This document shows positions 1-9,016 of a stretch of DNA of 64,000 bases, piece after piece. Made by a program: the position numbers and the translations under genes. How positions within the stretch are numbered: position 1 is the stretch's first letter; each line of letters starts with the position of its first letter. The DNA comes from Acidobacteriota bacterium (GTDB taxonomy: Bacteria; Acidobacteriota; Vicinamibacteria; Vicinamibacterales; CAVVIG01): assembly GCA_018268955.1 (NCBI GenBank), contig JAFDVO010000008.1:22988-86987 (forward strand), given 5' to 3'. Under the pieces are notes generated by a model, which saw nothing but the letters and a program-made list of their open reading frames with translations, was not told the DNA's origin and did no database searches.

Positions 1-215
1 ATGCCGCCGCCGCCGACAAGCGCGAGGTCAAGGACGGCGACATCAAGCCGGCGTGCGTGCAGGGCTGCCCCTCGAAGGCGCTCGTGTTCGGCGACCTGAA
101 CGACCCGGAGAGCGAGGTTTCCCGCCTCGCCGAGTCGCCGCGCGGAACGAAGCTGCTCGAAGATCTCGGCACCGCGCCGAAAGTCACCTACCTCCAGGGT
201 GTGGAGCACGCATGA
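1..215 (+). CDS. 4Fe-4S ferredoxin-type iron-sulfur subunit (ActB/PsrB-like), C-terminal fragment; 5' end lies outside the window
   Basis: Frame 3 is open from the window edge to TGA 213-215. The tail reads ...ACVQGCPSKALVFGDLNDPESEVSRLAESPRGTKLLEDLGTAPKVTYLQG, which resembles the last Cys motif and C-terminus of Fe-S subunits that precede NrfD-type subunits. The stop overlaps the next start (ATGA). Confidence 0.6.
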   Translation, partial: AAAADKREVKDGDIKPACVQGCPSKALVFGDLNDPESEVSRLAESPRGTKLLEDLGTAPKVTYLQGVEHA

Positions 216-1558
216 GCACGTCAGGGGATCGTCTCGCCGCCGACCTGTTGCGTCCGCTCAACCGCACGGGCGCGCTCTGGTACGTGTTCGTCGCCTTCCT
301 CGGGACGATCGTCGCCTGTGGCCTCTTCGCCTGGTTCTTCCAGATGTGGCGCGGCTTCGGCCTCACCGGCATCCGATGGCCGGTCTACTGGGGCTTCCTC
401 ATCACCGACTTCGTCTTCTGGATCGGCATCAGCCACGCGGGCACGCTCATCTCCGCGATCCTGCGCCTCGTGAACGCTGGCTGGCGTCGTCCGGTCACGC
501 GCTGCGCCGAGGTGATCACCGCCTTCGCCTTGATGATCGGCGGTCTCTTCCCGATCATCCATCTTGGCAAGCCGTGGCTGTTCTTCTGGCTCATGCCGTA
601 TCCGAACCAGCGGCTGATCTGGCCGAACTTCCGCTCGCCGCTGGTCTGGGACTTCTTCGCCATCTCCACGTATCTGACCGGCAGCCTGCTCTTCCTCTTC
701 CTGCCGATGATTCCCGACTTCGCGCTCGTGCGCGACCGCACGACCGGGGTGAAGAGGACGATCTACGGCGCGCTGGCGCTCGGCTGGCGCGGCACCACGC
801 ACCAGTGGCACCGGCTCGAAACGGCGATGCAGATCATGGCCATCGCCATCATCCCGGTGGCCGTCTCGGTCCACACGATCGTGTCGTTCGACTTCTCGAT
901 GGCGCCCGTGCCGATGTGGCACTCGACGATCTTCGGGCCGTACTTCGTCGCGGGGGCCATCTTCAGCGGCATCGCCGGCCTGATCATCGCCATGGCGACC
1001 CTGCGGAAGGTGCTCCACCTGCAGGATTACCTGCAGGACATCCACTTCGAAAACCTTGGCAAGCTCCTGCTGACCATGAGCCTGCTCTGGGGCTACTTCA
1101 CGTTCAACGAGCGGCTCACCACCTGGTACGGCAACGGCACCGCCGAGATCAACACCTTCAGGGTCACGCAGAGCGGCACGTTCTCCCCGTTGTTCTGGAC
1201 CATGGTGCTCGTCAACTTCGTGCTGCCGGTCATCATCCTGAGCATCCGCCGGCTGCGCACCGTGACGGGATGCGTGATCGCGTCGATTGGCGTGGTGATC
1301 GGCATGTGGCTCGAACGGTACCTGATCGTCGTGCCGTCCCTGGCGCATAAGTACCTGCCGTACAGCTGGGGCACCTACAGCCCGCGGCCGACCGAAATCG
1401 TCATCACCGCGGCCACGTTCGCGGCGATGACGCTGCTCTACACGCTGTTCGCCAAGTTCGTCCCAATTATCTCGATCTGGGAAATGCGTGCGGGTGAACG
1501 TCCTGAAGAGGACCTGGCTGCCGTCAGCGAGCAGCGCCTTGGGGAGAGCCACGCATGA
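212..1558 (+). CDS. NrfD/PsrC-family polytopic quinol-interacting membrane subunit (alternative complex III ActC-like)
   Basis: Lies in ORF 53-1558. ATG 212 was chosen because it overlaps the upstream stop (ATGA). Many hydrophobic helices and NrfD-like sequence ([29 protein letters not shown]). The stop overlaps the next ATG at 1555. Confidence 0.8.
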   Translation: MSTSGDRLAADLLRPLNRTGALWYVFVAFLGTIVACGLFAWFFQMWRGFGLTGIRWPVYWGFLITDFVFWIGISHAGTLISAILRLVNAGWRRPVTRCAEVITAFALMIGGLFPIIHLGKPWLFFWLMPYPNQRLIWPNFRSPLVWDFFAISTYLTGSLLFLFLPMIPDFALVRDRTTGVKRTIYGALALGWRGTTHQWHRLETAMQIMAIAIIPVAVSVHTIVSFDFSMAPVPMWHSTIFGPYFVAGAIFSGIAGLIIAMATLRKVLHLQDYLQDIHFENLGKLLLTMSLLWGYFTFNERLTTWYGNGTAEINTFRVTQSGTFSPLFWTMVLVNFVLPVIILSIRRLRTVTGCVIASIGVVIGMWLERYLIVVPSLAHKYLPYSWGTYSPRPTEIVITAATFAAMTLLYTLFAKFVPIISIWEMRAGERPEEDLAAVSEQRLGESHA

Positions 1559-2058
1559 AGTCGGTGTACGCGCTTTACTCGAACGGGGACGCCGCACAGC
1601 GCGCCGTGAACAGCCTGCGCTCCGCCGGCTACGCGGACCACGACATCACGGTCATCAGCGCCGCACCGATGGAGGAATACGAGTTCAGCCACATCGGGCA
1701 CCACAGCTTCCAGTGGTACATCGCGTGCGGGGGCGCCCTGCTGGGCCTGCTCTTCAGCACCTGGCTCACCACCTTCGCCGAGAAGGACTGGCCGATCGAC
1801 GTCGGCAACATGCCGATCGTCGCGTGGTATCCCAACCTGATCGTGATCTTCGAGATGACGATGCTGGGGGCGATCCTGTCGACGGTGGTCACGCTCATCA
1901 TCACCGCCGGGCTCGGACGTCGCGTCCCGAAGCTCTACGACCCGGAAGTGACCAACGGCAAGATTCTCGTTGGCATCGCCCAACCGAAGGACACCTCCGG
2001 CGCGGATGTCGAACGCGCCCTCCTCGCGGCACCAGGCGCTCAGGTCCGGACCGTCTAG
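1555..2058 (+). CDS. DUF3341-type small membrane subunit (ActD-like)
   Basis: A 167-aa ORF translationally coupled to the NrfD-like gene (ATGA). A soluble N-terminal half ([26 protein letters not shown]) is followed by two hydrophobic helices, the usual architecture after ActC. Confidence 0.7.
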   Translation: MKSVYALYSNGDAAQRAVNSLRSAGYADHDITVISAAPMEEYEFSHIGHHSFQWYIACGGALLGLLFSTWLTTFAEKDWPIDVGNMPIVAWYPNLIVIFEMTMLGAILSTVVTLIITAGLGRRVPKLYDPEVTNGKILVGIAQPKDTSGADVERALLAAPGAQVRTV

Positions 2059-2154
2059 GTCCGGCAAGGCCGACTCGAACAGGTCCCGCTTCCCGCCGTT
2101 CTGCCGTAGACTCTCGTGCTGCGGGGACGAGATCCCCAACAGACGGGAGTATCC

Positions 2155-3969
2155 ATGCACGTCCGATCGCTGTCCGTGTCAGCCACCGTGGCGATGTGGC
2201 TCTGTGCTGCTGTCGCGGCACATGCCCAGGCGCCCGACGGCAGTGCCGTGTTCCGCGCGAACTGCGCCACCTGCCATGACGGTGGGGCGTCGTCTCGTGC
2301 GCCGGCGCCGGAGCAACTGCGCGATCGCACACCCGAGTCGATCATTGCGGCGCTGACCGGCGGTGCCATGCGGTATCAGGGCCTGTCCCTGACCGGCGCG
2401 GAGCGACGCGCGGTCGCGGAGTACCTGACCGGCAAGAGCGTAGGGGCCGACGTGCAGGTGGACCCGAAGGCTGGACGCTGCACCAGCGCCGCGCCGTTCG
2501 TTGGCGTGTCCGGCGGCCCGGCGTGGAACGGCTGGAGCATCGACGCCGAGAACACCCACTTCGCGCCCGCGAAGGTGGGCGGGCTGACGGCTGACCAACT
2601 CCCGAAGCTGACGTTGAAGTGGGCGCTGGGCCTCCCCGAGGCGACGTCCGCGTGGGCACAGCCGACCGTCGTGGGTGGCCGCGTGTTCGTGGGCTCGCAG
2701 AACGGCACCGTCTTCTCGCTCGACGCGAAGAGCGGCTGCGTCGCGTGGACCTACGTCGCGAAGGGCGGTGTCCGTGGTTCGGTGAATGTCGGCCCGCGGC
2801 CCGGGGCTCCCGGCACGTTCAACGCCTACTTCTCGGACCAGAAGGGCTACGCGTACGCCGTCGACGCGAGCACCGGCGCCGAGGTGTGGAGCGTGCAGGT
2901 GGACCCGCATCCGCTCATTCGCCTGACCGGCTCGCCGGCGCTCTATCGCGATCGGCTCTACGTACCCACGTCGTCGTACGAGGAGGTGGGGAAGAGCCCC
3001 ACCTACAACTGCTGCACCTTCCGCGGGGCCATCGTCGCGCTCGACGTCGCGAATGGGAAGGTGGTCTGGCGGGCGTTCCCTATTCCGGAGGCGCCCGCAC
3101 TGATGGGCAAGCGCCCGGACGGGGGCGAGTCGTGGGGCCCGTCCGGCGGCGCGATCTGGTCTGCGCCGACCATCGACGTGAAGCGCGGCCTCATCTACGC
3201 CGGCGTGGGCAACACCTATAGCGGGACGATCTCGCAGCCGGGCACCGATGCCATCGTGGCCTTCGACCTGAAGACCGGCGCCATGAAGTGGTCGCAGCAG
3301 CTGGCGCCGAACGATGTCTATGGGTGCCGGAGCGGCGAGCCCAACTGCGTGGGCGAGCAGGGGCCAGACTTCGACTTCGGCGCGTCGCCCGTGCTGGCGA
3401 CGCTGCCGAACGGCAAGGACATCATCGTCTGCGGCCAGAAGTCCGGTGTGGCGTATGGGCTCGACCCCGACCACGGCGGCAAGGTCGTGTGGGAGTACCG
3501 CGCCGGCCAGGGCGGCGCGCTCGGCGGGATCGAGTGGGGCATCGCCACTGATGCGGAGCATGCCTATCTGCCGGTGGCCGATCAGAACCGGCCGAACCCC
3601 GGTGGTCTCCATGCCGTGAAGCTGGCAACCGGTGAGCGGGCCTGGTTCGCGCCGCCACCCGATCCGCTGCTCTGCGGGCAGAAGGGGCGTGGCTGCAACG
3701 CAGCGCAGTCTGCGGCGGTCACCGTCATCCCGGGTGCTGTGCTGTCCGGCTCCTTCGACGGCGGCATCCGTGCGTACTCGACGAAGGACGGCTCGGTCCT
3801 CTGGCAGTACGACACGAACCGCGAGTTCCTGACCGTCAACCGCGTGCGAGCACGCGGCGCGTCGCTCAACGGGCCTGCGCCGGTGGTCGTCGGCGGCATG
3901 CTGTACGTGAACTCGGGCGACTACCGCGCCCGGACCGGCAACGTCCTGCTGGCGTTCGGCGTCGAGTGA
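2155..3969 (+). CDS. Quinohaemoprotein: signal peptide, N-terminal c-type cytochrome domain (CATCH) and PQQ-like beta-propeller dehydrogenase (polyvinyl-alcohol-dehydrogenase-like)
   Basis: Lies in ORF 2116-3969. ATG 2155 is preceded by GGGAG at 2145-2149. Signal peptide MHVRSLSVSATVAMWLCAAVAAHAQA, haem-binding CATCH, then repeated propeller-like blades (VVGGRVFVGSQNGTVFSLDAKSG, AGVGNTY, VVGGMLYVNSG). Confidence 0.75.
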   Translation: MHVRSLSVSATVAMWLCAAVAAHAQAPDGSAVFRANCATCHDGGASSRAPAPEQLRDRTPESIIAALTGGAMRYQGLSLTGAERRAVAEYLTGKSVGADVQVDPKAGRCTSAAPFVGVSGGPAWNGWSIDAENTHFAPAKVGGLTADQLPKLTLKWALGLPEATSAWAQPTVVGGRVFVGSQNGTVFSLDAKSGCVAWTYVAKGGVRGSVNVGPRPGAPGTFNAYFSDQKGYAYAVDASTGAEVWSVQVDPHPLIRLTGSPALYRDRLYVPTSSYEEVGKSPTYNCCTFRGAIVALDVANGKVVWRAFPIPEAPALMGKRPDGGESWGPSGGAIWSAPTIDVKRGLIYAGVGNTYSGTISQPGTDAIVAFDLKTGAMKWSQQLAPNDVYGCRSGEPNCVGEQGPDFDFGASPVLATLPNGKDIIVCGQKSGVAYGLDPDHGGKVVWEYRAGQGGALGGIEWGIATDAEHAYLPVADQNRPNPGGLHAVKLATGERAWFAPPPDPLLCGQKGRGCNAAQSAAVTVIPGAVLSGSFDGGIRAYSTKDGSVLWQYDTNREFLTVNRVRARGASLNGPAPVVVGGMLYVNSGDYRARTGNVLLAFGVE

Positions 3970-4250
3970 CGCCGCGGGGGTGCAGCAGCGTGTAAGCCCA
4001 GCAGTCTCAGCGACTTTTTACGATTTGCCACGCCGGACCGACCGCCGAAATCCAGTACAATTTGGCGCCCGTCCGCTCGGACGGGGTTCCTGTCTGGAGG
4101 TCGACCTGGGTCTGTCCGAATGCGCGACGCTTACCCGTCGCGAACCTGCTGCTGCCCTGCCCGACGCCGTCGTCGGTACGTGGATGGCGCGTGCGCAGGG
4201 GCCCGGGACGATCTGCGAATTGTCATCATCTGTGTGGTCCCCGGTCCTGC

Positions 4251-6575
4251 ATGAAGTCTGCTGTCCGCATGTGGAGGCGAGCGGGTCTGTCCCTGCTCGC
4301 CGTGCTCGTCCTCTGTTCGCCGGCGCTCGCCCAGCGCAGGCCTCCGCAGGGCTCGTCTTCCGCCCCGTCCTCAACTGAGGATCCGCCGCCGCCCGTTCCG
4401 CCGCAGGTGATCTCGCGCGGCGAGAACGGCCGCATGGTGATCCGTGCGACCCGCTTGTCGCAGCCGCTGCGCATCGACGGTCGGCTGGACGAGTCGGTGT
4501 ACGCCGACGTGCCGCCGATCACCGACTTCATCCAGACCGTGCCGGCAGAGGGGAAGCCCTCGACCGAGCGGACGGAGGCCTGGGTGATGTTCGATGACAA
4601 CTTCTTCTACGTGACGGGCCGCATGTACGAGGACGTGCCGCCGGAGGAGTGGACGGCGAACGAACTCCGGCGCGACACGAGCCAGCTGCGCCAGAACGAC
4701 ATGTTCGGCTTCCTCATCGACACGTTCCACGACCGCAGGAACGGCTTCAATTTCTACACGAACCCGCTCGGCGGCTTTGCCGACCAGATCGTCACGGACG
4801 AAGGCAACCCGAACGTCGATTGGAACCCGGTGTGGGAAGTGCGCACCGGCCGTTTCCCCGGTGGGTGGATCGCCGAGATGGCGATCCCGTTCAAGTCGAT
4901 CCGCTACAACTCGGGCACGAACCAGACGTGGGGTATCCAGCTGCGCCGCTCGATCCGCCGCAAGAACGAGTGGACGCACCTGACCTTCATCCCCGCATCA
5001 ACCGGCGGGTCCACCAGCATCTTCCGCGTGTCCCGGGCCGCGACCCTGATTGGGCTCGACCTGCCGGCCGCCAGCAAGAACATCGAGCTGAAGCCGTACG
5101 GCATCTCGAAGGTGTCGAGTGACGTGGGCAAGGGCATCTCGAACGATCTCGAGCCGAACGCCGGGCTCGACGCGAAGGTCGGCATCACCGCGAACCTCAC
5201 GGCCGACATCACGGTCAACACCGACTTCGCCCAGGTGGAGGTCGACGAGCAGCAGGTGAACCTCACGCGGTTCAACCTCTCGTTCCCGGAGAAGCGCGAT
5301 TTCTTCCTCGAGGGACGCGGTATCTTCGACTTCGGTCGTGGTGGTCCGACGAACAGCCTCGCGGGTGCGAGCGGCGCGAGCAACTCGCTCACCCCGAGCC
5401 TGTTCTACAGCCGCGCGATCGGCCTCAACGCCGGGCGCGTGATTCCGATCAGGGCCGGCGGACGCGTCACCGGCAAGGCGGGCAAATACAGCCTCGGCGT
5501 GGTGAACATCGAGACGGGGGAGGACTCGGTCTCGAGCACCCCGTCGACCAACTTCACCGTCACGCGCATCAAGCGCGACATCCTCCGCCGCAGCAGCATC
5601 GGCGCGATGGCGACCAACCGATCGAACTCCACGGTCGTTCCCGGCGCGTCGAACTTCGCGTACGGGGCCGACGCGTCGTTCTCGTTCTTCCAGAACCTGA
5701 GCATGGGCGGCTACTACTCGAAGTCCGAGACCGACGGCAAGGACACCGACAACCAGAGCTACCAGGGGCGGTTCGACTACGCGGCCGACCGGTACGGCCT
5801 GCAGCTGCAGTTCCTCGACGTCGGCCAGAACTACAACCCTGAGGTCGGCTTCGTGCGTCGCTACGGATTCGATCGCACGTACGCATCCGCCCGCTTCAGC
5901 CCCCGTCCCCGCAAGCGGTTCCGCGGCATCCGCCAGTTCACCTATCAGGCAAGCCTCGAGTACATCCAGAACGCGGCGGGGCAGCTCGAGACGCGCAACC
6001 AGACCGGCCGGTTCGCCCTCGAGCGGCAGAACAGCGACCTCTTCGTCGTCGAAGGCGGGACGAACTACGAACTGCTCGTGGCGCCGTTTGCGATTGCGCC
6101 CGGTGTCCGGATTCCGAAGGGCAGCTACCCGTTCAACGACGTGACGATGTCGTATCAGCTCGGGCAGCAGCGCCGGCTGAACGGAACCGTCTCCTACCAG
6201 ACCGGGCAGTTCTACAACGGGACGATCAACGCCTACGGGTTTACGGCCGCGCGGTACGCGATCCTGAAACAGTGGTCGGTTGAACCGAGCATCCAGATCA
6301 ACTCGGTGAAGCTGCCGGCGGGTGATTTCACGACCAAGCTGATTCGTGCCCGCACCGACTACGGGTTCAACCCGCGCATGTTCATCAGCGGCCTCGTCCA
6401 GTACTCCTCGACGGGCAACGTGTTCAGCAGCAACTTCCGCTTCCGCTGGGAGTACCGCCCCGGCAGCGAGCTGTTCGTCGTCTACACCGACGAACGCGAT
6501 ACGACGAAGCCTGGGTATCCCGATCTCAAGAACCGTGCGTTCGTGGTGAAGGTGAACCGGCTCTTCCGGTTCTGA
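4251..6575 (+). CDS. DUF5916 family protein with N-terminal CBM9-like domain, predicted outer-membrane beta-barrel (paralog 1 of 5)
   Basis: Lies in ORF 4062-6575. ATG 4251 gives the signal peptide MKSAVRMWRRAGLSLLAVLVLCSPALAQ. Contains the CBM9-like block WEVRTGRFPGGWIAEMAIPFKSIRY and the family block TDFAQVEVDEQQVNLTRFNLSFPEKRDFFLEGRGIF. C-terminus is NRLFRF (aromatic terminal residue). Confidence 0.85.
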   Translation: MKSAVRMWRRAGLSLLAVLVLCSPALAQRRPPQGSSSAPSSTEDPPPPVPPQVISRGENGRMVIRATRLSQPLRIDGRLDESVYADVPPITDFIQTVPAEGKPSTERTEAWVMFDDNFFYVTGRMYEDVPPEEWTANELRRDTSQLRQNDMFGFLIDTFHDRRNGFNFYTNPLGGFADQIVTDEGNPNVDWNPVWEVRTGRFPGGWIAEMAIPFKSIRYNSGTNQTWGIQLRRSIRRKNEWTHLTFIPASTGGSTSIFRVSRAATLIGLDLPAASKNIELKPYGISKVSSDVGKGISNDLEPNAGLDAKVGITANLTADITVNTDFAQVEVDEQQVNLTRFNLSFPEKRDFFLEGRGIFDFGRGGPTNSLAGASGASNSLTPSLFYSRAIGLNAGRVIPIRAGGRVTGKAGKYSLGVVNIETGEDSVSSTPSTNFTVTRIKRDILRRSSIGAMATNRSNSTVVPGASNFAYGADASFSFFQNLSMGGYYSKSETDGKDTDNQSYQGRFDYAADRYGLQLQFLDVGQNYNPEVGFVRRYGFDRTYASARFSPRPRKRFRGIRQFTYQASLEYIQNAAGQLETRNQTGRFALERQNSDLFVVEGGTNYELLVAPFAIAPGVRIPKGSYPFNDVTMSYQLGQQRRLNGTVSYQTGQFYNGTINAYGFTAARYAILKQWSVEPSIQINSVKLPAGDFTTKLIRARTDYGFNPRMFISGLVQYSSTGNVFSSNFRFRWEYRPGSELFVVYTDERDTTKPGYPDLKNRAFVVKVNRLFRF

Positions 6576-6580
6576 GGCCG

Positions 6581-8911
6581 ATGGCAAAGACGATGAGAGC
6601 TGTGTGGGCGGCCGTGGCAGCGGCCATGGCGATGAGTGCGGGCGCGGCGCAGGCGCAGGGACAGGTCCAGGCGACCGGCGCGGCGTCGGTCGGCGAACTG
6701 CCAATTCCTGTGGCCCCGAAGACGATCGTGCGCGAGAACGGCAAGGTGGTCGTGCGCGCGATCCGGCTGACCGAACCGCTGAAGGTCGATGGCCGCCTCG
6801 ACGAGTCCGTGTACGAGCAGAACGAACCGGCCGATGGGTTCATCCAGACCGTGCCGGCGAATGGGCAGCCCGTGTCCGAGCGGACCGAGGCGTGGGTGAT
6901 GTACGACGACAGGTACATCTACATTGCCGCGAAGCTGTACGACTCGGCCCCGCCAGAGAAGTGGGTGGCGAACGAGCTCCGGCGCGACACGAACCAGCTG
7001 CGTCAGAACGACATGTTCGGCGTGCTGCTCGACACGTTCCACGACCGCCGCAACGGCTACAACTTCTACACGAACCCGCTCGGGGGCTTTACCGACCAGC
7101 TCGTCACGGACGAAGGCAACCCGAACGCCGACTGGAACCCCGTGTGGGAAGTGCGGCCGGGCCGATTCGATGGCGGCTGGACCACGGAGATCGCGATCCC
7201 GTTCAAGTCGATCCGCTACATCGCCGGCAAGAACCAGGCGTGGGGCATCCAGATGCGACGGTCGATCCGCCGCAAGAACGAGTGGGCGCACCTGACCGCA
7301 CTGCCGGCGGCCAACGGTGGACCGAACAGCGTGTTCCGCATCTCGCAGGCGGCGACGCTGGTCGGGCTCGACCTGCCGCAGCAGAGCGCGAACATCGACG
7401 TGAAGCCCTACGGCATCGTCACCTCGACGACCGACCGGCTGAAAAACCCGCAGGTCAACAACGACCTGACCGGCAGCTACGGCGGCGACATCAAGTACGG
7501 CATCACCGCGAACCTGACGGCGGACGTGACCATCAAGACCGACTTCGCGCAGGTCGAGGTCGACGAGCAGCAGCTGAACCTCACGCGCTTCAGCATCCAG
7601 TTCCCAGAGAAGCGCGACTTCTTCCTCGAGGGGCGCGGCATCTTCGACTTCGGCAAGGCGGGCGCGAACAGCGGCGGCGCCACACTCGGCTTCGGCAGCG
7701 GCGGCAACAGCAGCCCGTCGACCGGCTCGCCGACGTTCTTCTACAGCCGGCGCATCGGGCTCGAAGCCGGGCGGGCCATTCCGATCCGCGCTGGCGGGCG
7801 CCTGACCGGCCGTGTCGGGAAGTACACGATCGGCGCGCTGAACCTGGAGACAGGCGACGAGCCGGTTGCCGCGACGCCGGCCACGAACTTCACGGTGTTC
7901 CGCCTGAAGCGCGACCTGTTCCGCCGCAGCAGCATCGGGACGATGATCACGAACCGCGATCATTCGACGCTGGTGAAGGGCGCCTCCAACCTCGCGTACG
8001 GCGTGGACGGCCTGTTCTCGTTCTTCAACGACCTGAACATGGGCGGGTACGTCGCACGCTCCGACGTGGAGGGACGGAACACGAACAACACGAGCTATCA
8101 GGGACGGCTCGACTGGGCGCCCGATCGTTACGGTGTGCGCGTGGACTACCTGAAGGTCGGCCAGAACTACAGCCCAGAGGTCGGCTTCACGAACCGCAGC
8201 AACTTCCGGCGCTCGTTCGCGTCGGCCCGCTTCAGCCCGCGTCCGAAGCGGAGCAAGCGCGTGCGCAAGTACACGTCGGAAGGCACCTACGAGTACCTGG
8301 TGACCGACACGACCGGGCGCCTCGAATCGCGCGCGGCTGCCGGACGCTTCCTGATCGAGAAGCAGAGCAGCGACCTGATCAGCGTCGTCGCCACGAACCG
8401 CTACGAGTACCTCGCGCGGCCCTTCACGGTCGCCCAGGGCGTGACGATTCCGGTCGGCGGCTACACGTTCTCGGACCTCACGGCCACCTACGGGTTCGGC
8501 CAGCAGCGCCGGCTCTCGGGCAGCCTCGCCTATCAGGTGGGGCATTTCTACAACGGCGACATCAACGCCGTGAGCTTCAGCACGGGACGGTTCGCGATCC
8601 GCAAGAACTGGTCGCTCGAGCCCACCTTCACCGTCAACCACGTGTCGTTGCCTGCCGGCACGTTCACGAACGCGGTGATTGTGGCGCGCACGGACTACGG
8701 GTTCAATCCACGACGCTTCGTGAGCGCACTCGTGCAGTACTCGTCGGCGACGCACGTGTTCAGCTCGAACTTCCGCTTCCGCTGGGAGTATCAGCCCGGC
8801 AGCGAGCTGTTCGTCGTCTACACCGACGAGCGCGATACGACGAGGCCCGGGTACCCCGACCTGAGGAACCGTGCGTTCGTCGTGAAGGTGAACCGCCTGT
8901 TCCGCTTCTGA
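6581..8911 (+). CDS. DUF5916 family protein with CBM9-like domain (paralog 2)
   Basis: Starts 5 nt after paralog 1. Signal peptide MAKTMRAVWAAVAAAMAMSAGAAQAQ. Carries the same conserved blocks as paralog 1. The last ~150 nt are nearly identical at nucleotide level to paralog 1 and end in NRLFRF. Confidence 0.9.
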   Translation: MAKTMRAVWAAVAAAMAMSAGAAQAQGQVQATGAASVGELPIPVAPKTIVRENGKVVVRAIRLTEPLKVDGRLDESVYEQNEPADGFIQTVPANGQPVSERTEAWVMYDDRYIYIAAKLYDSAPPEKWVANELRRDTNQLRQNDMFGVLLDTFHDRRNGYNFYTNPLGGFTDQLVTDEGNPNADWNPVWEVRPGRFDGGWTTEIAIPFKSIRYIAGKNQAWGIQMRRSIRRKNEWAHLTALPAANGGPNSVFRISQAATLVGLDLPQQSANIDVKPYGIVTSTTDRLKNPQVNNDLTGSYGGDIKYGITANLTADVTIKTDFAQVEVDEQQLNLTRFSIQFPEKRDFFLEGRGIFDFGKAGANSGGATLGFGSGGNSSPSTGSPTFFYSRRIGLEAGRAIPIRAGGRLTGRVGKYTIGALNLETGDEPVAATPATNFTVFRLKRDLFRRSSIGTMITNRDHSTLVKGASNLAYGVDGLFSFFNDLNMGGYVARSDVEGRNTNNTSYQGRLDWAPDRYGVRVDYLKVGQNYSPEVGFTNRSNFRRSFASARFSPRPKRSKRVRKYTSEGTYEYLVTDTTGRLESRAAAGRFLIEKQSSDLISVVATNRYEYLARPFTVAQGVTIPVGGYTFSDLTATYGFGQQRRLSGSLAYQVGHFYNGDINAVSFSTGRFAIRKNWSLEPTFTVNHVSLPAGTFTNAVIVARTDYGFNPRRFVSALVQYSSATHVFSSNFRFRWEYQPGSELFVVYTDERDTTRPGYPDLRNRAFVVKVNRLFRF

Positions 8912-8921
8912 GGATCTGACA

Positions 8922-8993
8922 GGCCATGGGCGATGGGCGACAGGCCGCGCCCGCAGTCGTGACGGGCCTGCGGCCCATGCCGATTGCCATCAG
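8922..8993. repeat. GGCNNTG heptamer run with an imperfect inverted partner
   Basis: Starts 11 nt after TGA 8909-8911: ggccatg ggcgatg ggcgaca ggccgcg. A downstream partial reverse complement follows (gcctgcggcccatgccgattgccatc). Confidence 0.6.
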
Positions 8994-9016
8994 TGCTTCT
9001 GTACCCTGAGGTCAAT

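Noticed and set aside
53-211. The N-terminal 53-codon extension of the NrfD-like ORF. Similar extensions occur in ORFs 2116, 4062, 13874, 32700, 37633-40128 and 46415-48253.
   Set aside because: The extensions overlap upstream genes or the opposite-strand genes rex and nuoI, and they are Arg-rich. Internal starts give proper signal peptides, SD sequences or ATGA coupling.
4069-4087. The hairpin cccgtcc-gctc-ggacggg as a terminator of the PQQ gene.
   Set aside because: It lies 100 nt downstream of the stop, has a 7-bp stem and no U-tract. That is too weak to call.
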